Assembly (NCBI RefSeq): GCF_963921235.1 | Contig: NC_086097.1 | Location: 184,576,001 to 184,640,000 of the forward strand | Reading direction: 5' to 3' | Origin: Mobula hypostoma | Taxonomy: Eukaryota | DNA length: 64,000 bases | In this document: positions 51,038-63,204 of the stretch, one piece after another | How the letters are laid out: the number at the start of each line of letters is the position of its first letter | Numbering within the stretch: position 1 is the stretch's first letter | Translations under genes and position numbers: made by a program | The notes under the pieces: generated by a model | The model's input: the letters and a program-made list of their open reading frames with translations, nothing else | What the model was told of the DNA's origin: nothing | The model's database searches: none

Positions 51038-54000
51038 GTAGAATGCTACATGATGAAGGAAATCAATCGCACCCTTAAAGGGGCTGACAGAAAAGCCAGG
51101 AAACACAGCAATGAAGAGGAACCTGTCACCACCAAGTGTCTTCCGTATACTCCCATGGTTTCTGGAAAGATCACCAAGTTTCTGGAAGGATTGCCAGGAT
51201 TCTGAAGAAATACCGGATTAATACCATCCACAAACCGATAAAGAAGCTCACAGCTTATGTGAATCAAAGATGACCTGAGACTCAGATCAGCTGGAGTTTA
51301 CAGGATTCCCTGTGAGTGCAGAGCAGTGAATATCAGCCAGACAGGATGCATGGTGGAAACCCACATCAAGGAGCAAAGGAATTGGATCGGTTTGGATTAC
51401 CCAGATAAATCGGCAGTAGCAGAGCACTGTATTTGCGATGGTCACAAGTCTGACTTTGGCACAAAACCACTGTGCCACATTAATGGCTTTTGAGATGACC
51501 TGGTAAAGGAAGCCATTAAAATAAAACCAGAGGAAAAGAATCTTAACAAAGATGAAGGTCTTGCTCTAAGTAAGAACTGGAATTCAATTGCAAACAAGTT
51601 GGGAGAGCAGAAACCTGATTGGATGAGAACTAACCAATCAGGAGGGATAGACTATGGGGATATAAATACCACCGGACTAGACATGCCCAGGATTCATTCC
51701 TGAAAAAAATGGCAGAGTTTGTCATTGAAACATCAGTTATAATTGATAGCTGTACCTGCTGGAAGGCAGAGAGGAGTTTATTCGTCATATACACCAAGAA
51801 AGCACTAGATCCTTTTTCACTTACCTCTACATGGAGGAACTTCACCACCATATTCATCACTTTGAAGCATTATGTAAAGAGAAGGAGAGGCTTCCTTCTA
51901 AGATGCTAGAACAAGGATGTCATCCCTAAGTTCGTTCCGTGGTGGTTTCTCCAGATGCTAAATGGATTTTACGGCAAGCTGCCAAGCGTTGATTAGGGAG
52001 CATATCCATTACATTAGATCCACTTTGGATATCAACGTGAACAGACTACTGTCTCTTCACCTGGAACTGTCAGCCCTCTTGTCTCTTAGTGATTAGGAGT
52101 ACATTGACAGGTCCACCACTGCCCAAGGTGAACTAGTTCACAAGGGAACATTAAGAGGCAGGTCAGGAAATACAATAAACTATCCAAACAAAGCACAGCC
52201 ATCCCACCATTGGACCCAGAAAGGATTGTCATCAATCAAACTGGGCAAAATATCATCAAGATGGCTCGATCGGTCCTCTCCAAGGAGCTAAACTACTCTC
52301 CGGTCCCCAGAGCTATGCCCTATTGGGATTACATTGGCTGAGTAGAGAAATCAAACTGAAAACTACCACAGGATATCATGGAGGAGGTAAGGATAGAGGT
52401 CTGCATAGCTCTGAAAAGAGACGTTATGCCAAAACCAAATATTACAAAAGGAGAGAAAATGGCATTCCAGGCACTATGGTGAAACCCAGCCATCATGATT
52501 TTACCAGCAGACAAAGGAAATGCAACGATCCTGTTGTCCTCCGAGAAATACCTCTGGAAAGTCCAACAGATGCTGGATGATCCTTCCAACAGAATTCTAC
52601 AGCATTTGATTGTCAGGAAGACCTCCACTTTACTGAAGAAATCTGGACAGCCAGCAGACATATGCAAGACAATTATGCCTCAGGCTCCAGTACCACCAAG
52701 ACTTTACGGGCTCCTTAACATACACAAGGAAGATGTCCCACCTGAGGCCTATCGTCAGTCGGATAGATTCTCCAACTTACTACCTCAATGACTATGCTGT
52801 CTCCTTTATGTTGGGGGCTGTGATCATCACAAATTTGACTGACTTCGTTAAAACAATAACCAACATTGACCTGACATAATTGTCAGTTTTGACGTGGTAT
52901 CCCTGTTCTGGAGAGTTCCCATTAAGGACAGCTTGGTCCCTATGGTCAAGGTTTGATAAGGGTACCATTGACCTTATTGAACACATCGACGTACTTTTTC
53001 TGTAAGGAGAACTACTACAAACAAATGGACAGAGTGGCCATGGGGTTATCCTCGTTGCTGGCTATTGCTAATTTCTACATGGAGGATATTGAGGAGAAGG
53101 CTCGGAGTTCACCACCCTTACATCTGCGGTGTAATCTTCAGCTGTTTAATTGAGGCACAACTGCTCAGGCATGTGGACATCAGAGAGTTAGACCAGCAGG
53201 AAGAATTTAAAAAGGAGACAGCTTTATAGAGTGGGCATCAGAGTAGGAGGGCTTTGGATCAATGGGGCTTCAGGGATAACGCGTCGAGGCGAGGTAACTT
53301 ACTTGTGAAGAATAAGAATAGGAAGTATATGTGTGAAGCCGGTGTTCTGTATTGGGTGTCAGATGTGGGAGGTCCAGGAGACTCCCAGCCTCCCGGACAG
53401 CCACATCTGCACCAGGTGCATCGAGCTGCAGCTCCTTAGGGACCACATTAGGGAACTGGAAATGCAGCTCGATGACCTTCATCTGGTCAGGGAAAGTGAG
53501 GAGGTGATAGAGAGGAGCTATAGGCAAGTAGTCACACAGGGGCCTTGGGAGACAGTTAAGTGGGTAACTGTCAGGAGAGGGAAGGGCAGGAGTCAGATAC
53601 GAGAGAAGAACCCCTGTGGCTGTCCCTCTTAAAAATAACTACACTTGTTTGAGTACTGTTGGGAGGGGGACGGCCTACCTGGGGGAAGCAACAGAGGTTG
53701 TGCCTCTGGCACAGAGTCTGGCCCTGTGGCTCAGAAGGGTAGGGAAAGGAAGAGGATGGCAGCAGTGATAAGGGACTCCATAGTTAGGAGGTCAGACAGG
53801 TGATTCTGTGGACACAGGAAAGGAGCATGGATGGTAGGTTGCCTCCCAGCTGCCAGGATCCAGGATGTTTCGGATCGCGTCCACGATATCCTGAAGTAGG
53901 AAGGTGAACAGCTATAGGTCGTGGTACATATTGGTACCCAGAACATAGGTAGGAAAAGGGAGGAGGTCCTGAAAACAGACTACACGGGAGGTCCTGAAAA

Positions 54001-57000
54001 CAGACTATACGGAAGTCCTGAAAACAGACTACATGGAGGTAGGAAAGAAGTTTAGAAGCAGGACCACAAGAGTAGTAACCTTGGGATTACTGCCTGTGCC
54101 TTGTGACAGTGAGTAAAGGAATAGATTGAGGTGGAGGATAAATGTGTGGCTGAGGGATTGGAGCAGGGAGCAGGGGTTCATATTTCTGGATCATTGGGAC
54201 TTCTTTAGGGGGTATGCGTGCCCTGTACAATTAGGACGGGTTGCACTTGAACCCGAGGGGGACCAATATCCTGGCAAGGAGGTTTGCTAAGGCTTCTGGG
54301 GAGAGTTTAAACTGAAGAGATGGAGGAAGGGGCAGTTGGCTCACAAATAGAGATAGCTTGTAGGCAGTGTGAGAGGGAGGATCGGAAGGTGATAGAGAAG
54401 GGACACACTCAGATCGATGGTTTGAGATGAGTCTATTTTAATGCAAGGATTATCATGATCAAAGCAGGTGAGCTTAGAGCTTGGATCAGTACTTGGAGCT
54501 ATGATGTTGTGGCCTTTACAGAGACTTGGATGGCTCAAGGCCAGGAATGGCTACTTATAATGCCAGGCTTTAGGTAAAGGACAGGGAGGGAGACAGAAGA
54601 GGTGGGGGGCATGGCACAGCTGATCAGAGATAGTGTCACGGCTGCAGAAAAGGAGGAAGTCATGGAGGGATTGTCTACTGTGGGTGGAAGTTAGGAACAG
54701 GAAGGGGTCAATAACTCTACCAGGTGTATTTAATAGACCACCCAATAGTAACAGGGACATTGAGGAGCAGATAAGGAGACAAATTCTGGAACAGTGCAAT
54801 AATAACACGGTTATCATGATGGGAGATTTTTATTTCCCCAATATTAAGGGGCTTAGATGGGGTATAGTTTGTTAGGTGTGTCCAAGAAGGTTTTCTGACA
54901 CAATATGTAGATAAGCCAACAAGAGGAGAGACTGTACTTGATCTGCTATTGGGAAATGAACCTGGTCATGTGTCAGATCTCTCAGTGGGAGAGCATTTTG
55001 GAGATAGTGGTCACAATTCTATCTCCTTTACCATAGTACTGGAGAGGGATAGGAACAGACAAGTCAGGAAACTGTTTAATTGGAGTAAGGAGAAATATGA
55101 AGCTATCAGGCAGGAACTTGGAAACATAAATTGGGAGCAGATGTTCTCAGGGAAACATACAGCAAAAACGTGACAAATGTTCAGGGGATATTTGCATGGC
55201 ATTCTGCATAGATACATTCCAATGAGACAGGGAAAGGATGGTAGGGTACAGGAACCATCCTGTAGAAAATTGACAGGAAGAAAAGAAAAGCTTACAAAAG
55301 GTTCAAAAAACAAGGTAATGATAGGGATCTAGAAAATTATAAGGCTAGCAGGAAGGAGCTTAAGAATGAAGTTAGGAGAGCAAGAACGGGCCATGAAAAG
55401 GCCTTGGCGAGCAGGATTAAGGAAAACCCGAAGGCATTCTACAAGTATGTGAAGAGCAAGAGGATAAGACGTGAGAGAAAAGGACCAATCAAATGTGACA
55501 GTGGGAAAGTGTGTATGGAACTGGAGGAGGTAGCAGAGACACTTAATGAATACTTTGCTTCAATATTCACTACGGAAAAGGACCATGGTGATTATAGGGA
55601 TGACTTACAGTGGACTGAAAAGCTTGAGCATATAGACATTAAGTAAGCGGATGTGCTGGAGCTTTTGGAAAGCATCAAGTTGGATAAGTCACCAGGACCT
55701 GACGACATGTAACCCTGGCTTCTGTGGGAGGTGAGGAAGGAGATTGTTGAGCCTTTGGCAATGATCTTTGCATCATCAATGGGGACGGGAGAGGTTCTGG
55801 AGGATTGGAGGTTTGCAGATGTTGTTCCCTTATTCAAGAAAGGGAGTAGAGATAGTCCAGTAAGTCTTACTTCAGTGGTTGGTAAGTTGATTGGAAAGAT
55901 CCTTAGAGGCAGGATTTATGAACATTTGGAGAGGCATAATATGATTAGAAATAGTCAGCATGGGTTTGTCAAAGGCAGTTCATGCCTTATGAGCCTGATT
56001 GATTTTTTTTGAGGATGCAACTAAACACATTGATGAAGGTAGAGCAATAGGTGTAGTGTATATGGCTTTCAGCCAGGCATTTGATAAGATACCCCATGCA
56101 AGGCTCATTGAGAAAGTAAGGAGGCATGGGATCCAAGGGGACCTTGCTTTGTGGATCCAGAAATGGCTTGCCCACAGAAGGTAAAGAGTGGTTATAGACA
56201 AGTTATATTCAGCATGGAGGTCAGTGACCAGTGGTGTACCTCAGGGATCTGTTCTGGGACCCCCTTCTCTGTGATTTTTATGAATGACCTGGATCAAGAA
56301 GTGAAGGGATGGGTTTAGTAAATTTGCTGATGACACAAAGATTGGAGGTGTTCTGGATAGTTTGGAGGGCTGTCAGAGGTTACAGTGGGACATCAATAGG
56401 ATGCAAAACTGGGTTGAGAATTTGCAGATGGAGTTCAACCCAGATGAAGTGTGAGGTAATGTTACATCTATATAGGTCCCTGGTCAGAACCCACTTAGAG
56501 CACTGTGCTCAGTTCTGGTCACCTCACTATAGGAAGGATATGTAAACTATAGAAAGGGTGCAGAGGATGTTGCCTGGATTTGGGAGCATGCATTATGAGA
56601 ATAGGTTGAGTGAACTTAGCCTTTTTCCTTGAAGTGAGGGAGCATGAGAGGTGTATAAGATGATGAGAGGCATTGATCGTGTGGATAGTTAGAGGCTTTT
56701 TCCCAGGACAGAAATGGCTAACACAAGAGGGCACAGTTTTAAAGTGCTTGGAAGTAGGTACAAGGGGGATGTCAGGGTACATTTTTTACACCGAGAGTAG
56801 TGAGTGTGTGAAATGGGCTGCCAGCAATGGTGGTGGAGGTGGATACGATAGGGTCTTTTAAGAGACTCCTGGATAGGCACATGGAGCTTAGAAACGGCAC
56901 AGCCAAGAAGGGCCAAAAGGCCTGTTTCTGTGCTGTAGTTTTTCTATGGTTTCTATGGTTTTTCTAAAAATAGAGGGCTATGGGTAACCCTAGGTAATTT

Positions 57001-58180
57001 TTAAAGTAAATACATGTCTGGCACAGCATTGTGGGCCAAAGAGCTTGTATTGTGCTATCGGTTTTCTATGTTTCTAAGTTTCTACATCCCATATGCTTCT
57101 TCAGACACGTCGATGACTCCTTCGTAGTGTGGCCTCATGGACTCCGGGCACTCCAACAATTCCTGAACCATCTGAACAGCATACATCCAAACATTCAATT
57201 TATGATGGAAATGGAGAAAAATGGTTGCTTTCCATTCTTGGAAGTTCTAGCATGATAGAAACCAAATGGTAGACTTGAATATGGGTTCTATTAGAAACCC
57301 ATTCACATGGACTTGTACCTCAACAGTAACAGCCACCATCATGCCTCCCAGTATAGAGTAATTCTTTCTACCTTGATTAACTGTGTGAAAACTATTTGGG
57401 ACCCGTAGAGTTTCCCGGCGGAATAAGATAAGGCACAATATTGCTACAGAATGTCTATACAGTGAAGGAAATCAATTGGGCCCGTAAGAGGGCCGATGCA
57501 AAAACAAGGAAACATAACAAGGAGGAACCCATCACTACTGCCTGTCTTCCTTACATTCCCAAGGTTTCTGAAAGATCACCAGGATCCTAAAGAACTACCA
57601 GATTAATACCATCCACAATCCCATTACGAAGCTCAAGTCACAGTTTATGCATGTCAAGGATGACCTGGGATGCAGGTTAGCTGGCGTTCACAGGTTCCCT
57701 GTGAATGTGGAGCAGCGTATATCGGCCAGGCGAGATGCAAGGTGGAAACACACATCAAGTAGCATAGGTGCTGTATCCATCTGGGTTACCAGAGAAATCA
57801 GTGGTAACAGAACATTGCATTCTCAATGGCCATAGGGTTGTCTTTGACGATATAAAACTACTGTGCTATACCAATGGCTTTTGGTACCACCTGGTAAAGG
57901 AAGCCATTGAAATAAAACTAGAGGAAAAGAATTCCAACAAAGATGAAGGTCTCGCTCTAAGTAAGAACTGGAATTTGATTGTAAGCAAGATGGGAGAGAA
58001 GAAACCTGATTGGATGAGGACTAACCAATCAAGAGGGATAGATGACGAGGTATAAATACCACTTGACTAGACATGCCCAGGCATCATCCTGAAGAAGATG
58101 GCAGAGTTTGTCATTGAAAGGTAGGTTATAATTGATACTTGTACTCATTCGGAAGCCCAAGAAGAGTTATTTGTCATATA
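51038..58180 (+). mobile_element. Near-complete Penelope-like element with direct pseudo-LTRs (~51038-51800 and ~57445-58180), split by a CR1
   Basis: ILPADKGNAT, PPRLYGL, VAMG, FRHVDD, HLNSIHPNIQF, KEAIEI; duplicated EN/3' block. Confidence 0.9.
53125..57082 (+). mobile_element. Near-full-length CR1 inserted in the Penelope RT; TSD TACATC
   Basis: TSD at 53119-53124 and 57083-57088; ORF1 CIGCQMWE...HICTRC; ORF2 EN/RT motifs. Confidence 0.92.
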
Positions 58181-58419
58181 ATGACTGGTTTCAAAAGTCA
58201 AAGGTGTCGACCATGATAATATAATGCCATCATTAGTAATGAACAGCACATTATATAAAATATTAAGAACCATATATAAAAAGTTACCCATGTAAAAAGT
58301 AAACATGTAACATCCAAATAGGTAAGTGAAAATAATATTTGTGGATTCATCTGTCTATGGGATTGTGTTATTAAATGCAATAGAACATCTATCAACACAG
58401 GAGACCCCCCCCCCCACCC

Positions 58420-59352
58420 CCGGGCTGTATCCTAAGTCCCCTCCTTTACTCTCTGCATACCCATGACTCTGTCACCACCCACAGCTCCAATCTGCTAATT
58501 AAATTTGCTGACGACACTGCACTGATTGGCCTAATCTCAAATAATAATGAGGCAGCCTACAGGGAAGAAATCATCTCTCTGACACAGTGGTATCAAGAAA
58601 ACAACCTCCCCCTCGATGTCGCAAAAACAAAGGAGCTGGTTGTCGACTACGGGAGGAATAGAGACAGGCTCACCGCTATTGTCATCAATAGACCTTTGGT
58701 TGAGAGGTTGAACAGCTTTAAGTTCCTCGGTATACACATCACCAAGGACCTCATTTGGTCTCTACATACCGACTGTGTGGTGAAAAAAGCACAACAGTGC
58801 CTCTTTCACCTCAGAAGGTTGAAGAAGTTCAGCATAAGTCCCCAAATCCTAAGGAATTTTTACAGGGGTACAATGGAGAGCATCCTGACTGGCTGCATTA
58901 CTGCCTGGTATGGAAACTGTAGTTCCCTCAATCGCAAGACTCTGCAGAGTGTGGTGCAGACAGCCCAGCACATCTGTAGATGTGAACTTCCCACGATACA
59001 GGGCATTTACAAAGACAGGTATGTAAAAAGGGCCTGAAGATCACTGGGGACCTGAATCACCCCAACCACAAATTATTCCAGCTGCTACCATCCAGGAAAC
59101 GATTCCACAGCATAAAAGCAAGGACCCACAGGCTCCGGGACAGCTTCTTCAACCAGGCCATTAGACTGGTTAGTTCACGCTGACGCAATTATATTTCTAA
59201 GCTATATTGACTGTTCTATTGTACATACTATTTATTACAAATTACTATAATTTGTGCATTGCACATTCAGATGGAGACATAACATAAAGATTTTTACTCC
59301 TCAGGTACGTGAAGGAAGTAAGAAATAAAGTCAATTCAATTCAATTCAATTC
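58420..59352 (+). mobile_element. Rex1-type LINE RT/3' end
   Basis: KFADDTALIGLI; FKFLGIHIT; ESILTGCITAWYG; (TCAAT)n tail. Confidence 0.9.
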
Positions 59353-59993
59353 AACCCCATCTCAAGATGAGGTGGGAAACATGCACTATTACTGATTAGG
59401 CCCAGGGAAAAGAGAGGAGCAAGGTTAATATGAAGAGTGTAATCACTGTTCTTCACTCTCCCAGGGTTAACTTGAACCAAAGCAATAGGTAAAGTTGCAA
59501 GTACGAGGTAAGAGATAGCAAAGCAGTCATATGAGAGATAACCCATAGTAGTACAGGTTAAGTGTGGGAGTTGAAAAAGCCTTAGGAGTGAAGTCATTAT
59601 ATAAATAGCAGTCACTGAACTTCCATTCTTGCAGGCTTCAAAATGTTGGCAAAAAGAACACTACCAAAACAATAATTCCAATGGCCAAGGGAATTGTCCA
59701 TTGGAAAACTGCAAAATAAAATCTTCAACCCAATTTTGAAGCATTGCCAATCCAGTCAGAAACTGTATTCGTCACTGTGGAAGCTAAATATGCAACAACT
59801 GGGAAAGTCTCAGCTAAACTATTAACCCAGTCAAGGGCTTAGTGTGAGTCTGGGAAGGAAACTTATCGAAGAAGAGTGTCTCGCTTATCTGATTGTGTCA
59901 GCTCAGTTGCTCTAATAATGTATAGAGAAATATTCTTTTAATTTGACTGAGTTTCTTCTAGCAATTGTTGATGAATATCACGGTCTTTTAGAA

Positions 59994-60072
59994 CAGAGGT
60001 TCCCAACCCAGGGTCCACAGACTCCTTTTTAATGGTATTGGTCCATGGCATAAAAAAGGTTGGGAACCCCAG
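59994..60072. mobile_element. hAT-type MITE
   Basis: TIR-like CAGAGGTTCCCAACC ... GGTTGGGAACCCC; TSD not recoverable. Confidence 0.7.
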
Positions 60073-60638
60073 TAACAGCCTTTGTTGCATCCACCATAAT
60101 TTGTTCCTTAAAACTGGACTCTTGTTTCCATCTTGAGATACGCCACATAGATTAAGTCATCAAATAACCCCATGTCACTGCTTCGATATTAACTTTAAAA
60201 AATGAGTGATCCTCTAAAAGCAGTAGGCCTGAACAACTTCTGTCATCAGAAATTTTTACCTTCTGAGTGAACCTAAGGGTCACATCAGTGCTTTTTTGAC
60301 AGTAAGCACTGTCAAGGCATGAATATGCAGTCAGTTTTATTCTAGTATTTATTAAAAAATCATGAAAATTGAGGGCTGAACAATTTTTTTGTCTGTTGAT
60401 GATAACGCAATGTAACTGAATACACAGCATAACTGAAGCCTTGTTTGTGTATTAACATTGTCTATTTGGGAAATTCTTGTGTAACCCAAAAATTTAGCAT
60501 TATCAATTGGTGTCCAAAAGTAAAATTTGTCACAGCCTTGTTTCTCCATTTCCCCATTGTAGTCGGTCTATTTGAAGAATTTCTGAAGTAATTTTCATTG
60601 TAAGGTATTACTCACACTACAGCATGAACTATTCACAA

Positions 60639-62238
60639 ACATGAAAAGTCTGCAGATGCTGGAAATCTAAAGCAACACACAAAAATGTTGAAGGAACTCA
60701 GCAAGTCAGGCAGCATCTATGCAAATGAATAAACGGTCGACGTTTTGGGCCGAGACCTTTCTTCAGAACTGCAAAGGAAGGGGGAAGACACTAGAATAAA
60801 AAGATGCGAGGAGGAGAACGAGGATAGGTAGAAAGTGATAGCTGAAACCAGGTAGGTAGGAAAGATAAATGGCTGGAGAGGAAAGAATCTGATAGGAGAG
60901 GAGAATTGACTATTGGAGAAACGGAAGGAAGAGGGGACCCAGACGGAGGTGATAGACCAGGTGAGAAGCGGTAAGGGGCCAGAGTGGGGAATAGAAGAAG
61001 AGGGGATCAGGAGGGATTTTTTTTGCCATCAGGTTGGAGGCTATGCAGACAGAATATAAGGTGTTGCTCCTTCACCCTGAGGGTGGCCTCATCTTGGCAT
61101 AAGATAAGATAAGATAAAACTTTATTTATCCCTAAGGAAATTATTGTTGCCAGGTTGCTCGGTCAGAAATATATATTTTAAAATAAAAAATATAGACATT
61201 GATATACAAAAAAAACAAGATGTGCATTAAAAAGTGAAAATGCAAAATACAGATGCACAATGAAACCATATACTTGAGGAGGAGGAGTTGTAGAGTCTTC
61301 TAGCCACAGGGAGAAAGGATCTCCTGTGGCGTTCAGTGGTGCACCTCGGCGGAATCAGTCTGTTATTAAAGGTGCTTCTCCACTTGTCCAGAACGTCATG
61401 GAGGGGGTGAGAGGGATTGTCCATAATGCTCCGTAGCTTCTGCAGCATTCTCCTCTCAGACACGACCGCCAGGGAATCCAGTTCCACCCCCTCCCAAGAA
61501 CAGAACCAGCCTTCCTGACGTGCTCATCGATCTTCCTGGCGCCAGCTGCTCTCACCCAGCAGACTACAGTGTAGAATAGTATACTGGCCACCATGGAGGC
61601 ATGAAACATCTGCAGCATAACACTGCAGACGCCGAATGACCAGAGCCTCCTCAGGAAGTAGAGTCGGCTCTGTCTCTTCTTATATAGAGTCTCTGTGTTT
61701 TTAGTCCAGTCCAGTTTATCGTCCAGGTGAGTCCCTAGGTATTGCAGAAGAGGCCATGGACTGAAATGTCAGAATAGAAATAGGAATCTGCATTAAAATG
61801 TTTAGCCAGCAGGAAGTTCCGCTTTTGGGAGACGGAGCTGAGTTGCTCAACAAAGCGGTGCCTAATTTATGATGGGTCTCACCAATGTAGAGCAGGCTTC
61901 ATCAGGAGTACCAGGCACAATAAACGAACCTGGCAGATTCACCAGTGAAGTTCTGCCTCATCTGGAAGGACTGTTTGGGGACCAGAATGGAGATGAGGGA
62001 GAAGATGAATGGGCAGTTGTTGCACTTTGGCTGTTTGCAGGGATAAGTGCTGAAAGGGAGTTTTGTGGGGAGTGATGAATGGACAAGTGAATCATGGAGG
62101 GAGAGATCCCTGCAGAAAGTGGAGGGGGTGTTTCTAAAAATATGTTTGGTGCAGGATCCCTTTGGAGTTGGCAGAAGTTCGGAAGTTGTGGGATTCCCGA
62201 GGATTTGTTGGATCCGGAGGCTCATGGGGTGGTAGGTA
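60639..62238 (-). mobile_element. Penelope-like fragment with 15-bp TSD, split by a Rex1-type insertion
   Basis: ATGAACTATTCACAA at 60624-60638 and 62239-62253; PCKQPKCNNC; degenerate hammerhead at 60735-60770. Confidence 0.85.
61101..61742 (-). mobile_element. Rex1/L2-type LINE 3' fragment
   Basis: VASILFYTVVCW; IMDNPSHPLH...RRSFLPVARRLYN; (TCTTA)n tail. Confidence 0.8.
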
Positions 62239-62760
62239 ATGAACTATTCACAACTTTTTGATTAAGGGAAAATAGGAAGTCTGAGCAGATTCAATAGACT
62301 ATGGGATTTGAATCTCTAAAAGGTTTATTAGATTTGCTGGTTTCAGTTAACCAGGGGGAAAACATTTTTGTTTTATCTTAGCTTCTGCTTCAGTGCATTT
62401 TTCCATGCCAACTTCCCATGCAAATCCCAAATCAAGGGATTCACTGAATTATTCAAGAACATAATCCAAAAATGAAGAAAATTGTCTTGTTACCTTGTCA
62501 TTTAACCATGGAGTGGAATAGTGGCCATAGTGGGAGAAATGAAAATGACTAGCATCTTCACAGTAAGTTCAATAGGTACACTTAATGTCAGAGAAATGTA
62601 TACAATTTACATCCTGACATTCTTTTTCTTTGCAAACATCCATGAAAACAGAGGAGTGCCTCAAAGAATGAATGATAGTTAAATGCTAGAACCCCTAATT
62701 TCCCACCCAGCTCCTCCCTCGCACACACAAGCAGCAGCAAGGCAGTATGTTCATATAGTT

Positions 62761-62914
62761 CAAACAAGAGAAAGTCTGCAGATGCTGGAAATCCAGAGCA
62801 AAACACACAAAATGCTAGAGGAACCCAGAAGGTCAGGTAGCATCTATGGAAAAGAGTAAACAGTCAACATTTCAGGCCAAGACCATTCATCAGGAATGCT
62901 GAGTCCTAATGTGG
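62761..62914 (-). mobile_element. Mini Penelope-derived insertion with 14-bp TSD
   Basis: ATGTTCATATAGTT at 62747-62760 and 62915-62928; hammerhead-like core at 62862-62897. Confidence 0.8.
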
Positions 62915-63204
62915 ATGTTCATATAGTTGTTGGTCATAAAGGGAAAGTGCAATAAGATATTTGTCTAATGCAGAAGTCTTCATTGAAAAAACAGGATTTT
63001 TCACAATTTCTAGCCTCATGGGTTCAATGTCATGTTCCCATGAGCGTGATCATTCAATGATAATACAGTGACTTTATTTTTCTTCAGGAGTAGAGAGAAC
63101 CATGTCAAAGGATTCCTCTATTAGTTTACCTTCAATATCTGGGCTGGAATCTTTCAGTTTTGTTAAGGTGTTATTAATCATTTCTACAAGTGTGCATCTG
63201 TTTT

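Larger units (their letters stand above)
59638..63195 (-). pseudogene. env: Foamy-like env remnant (pieces ~62929-63195, 62254-62560, 60073-60623, 59638-59993)
   Basis: EMINNTLTKLKD; ICSDFLFS; KISDDRSCSGLLLLEDH; C-terminal anchor TIPLAIGIIVLVVFFL then stop; collinear with recalled PFV Env motifs. Confidence 0.7.

Noticed and set aside
53960..54040. CRISPR-like array
   Set aside because: No unique spacers; eukaryotic context; inside CR1
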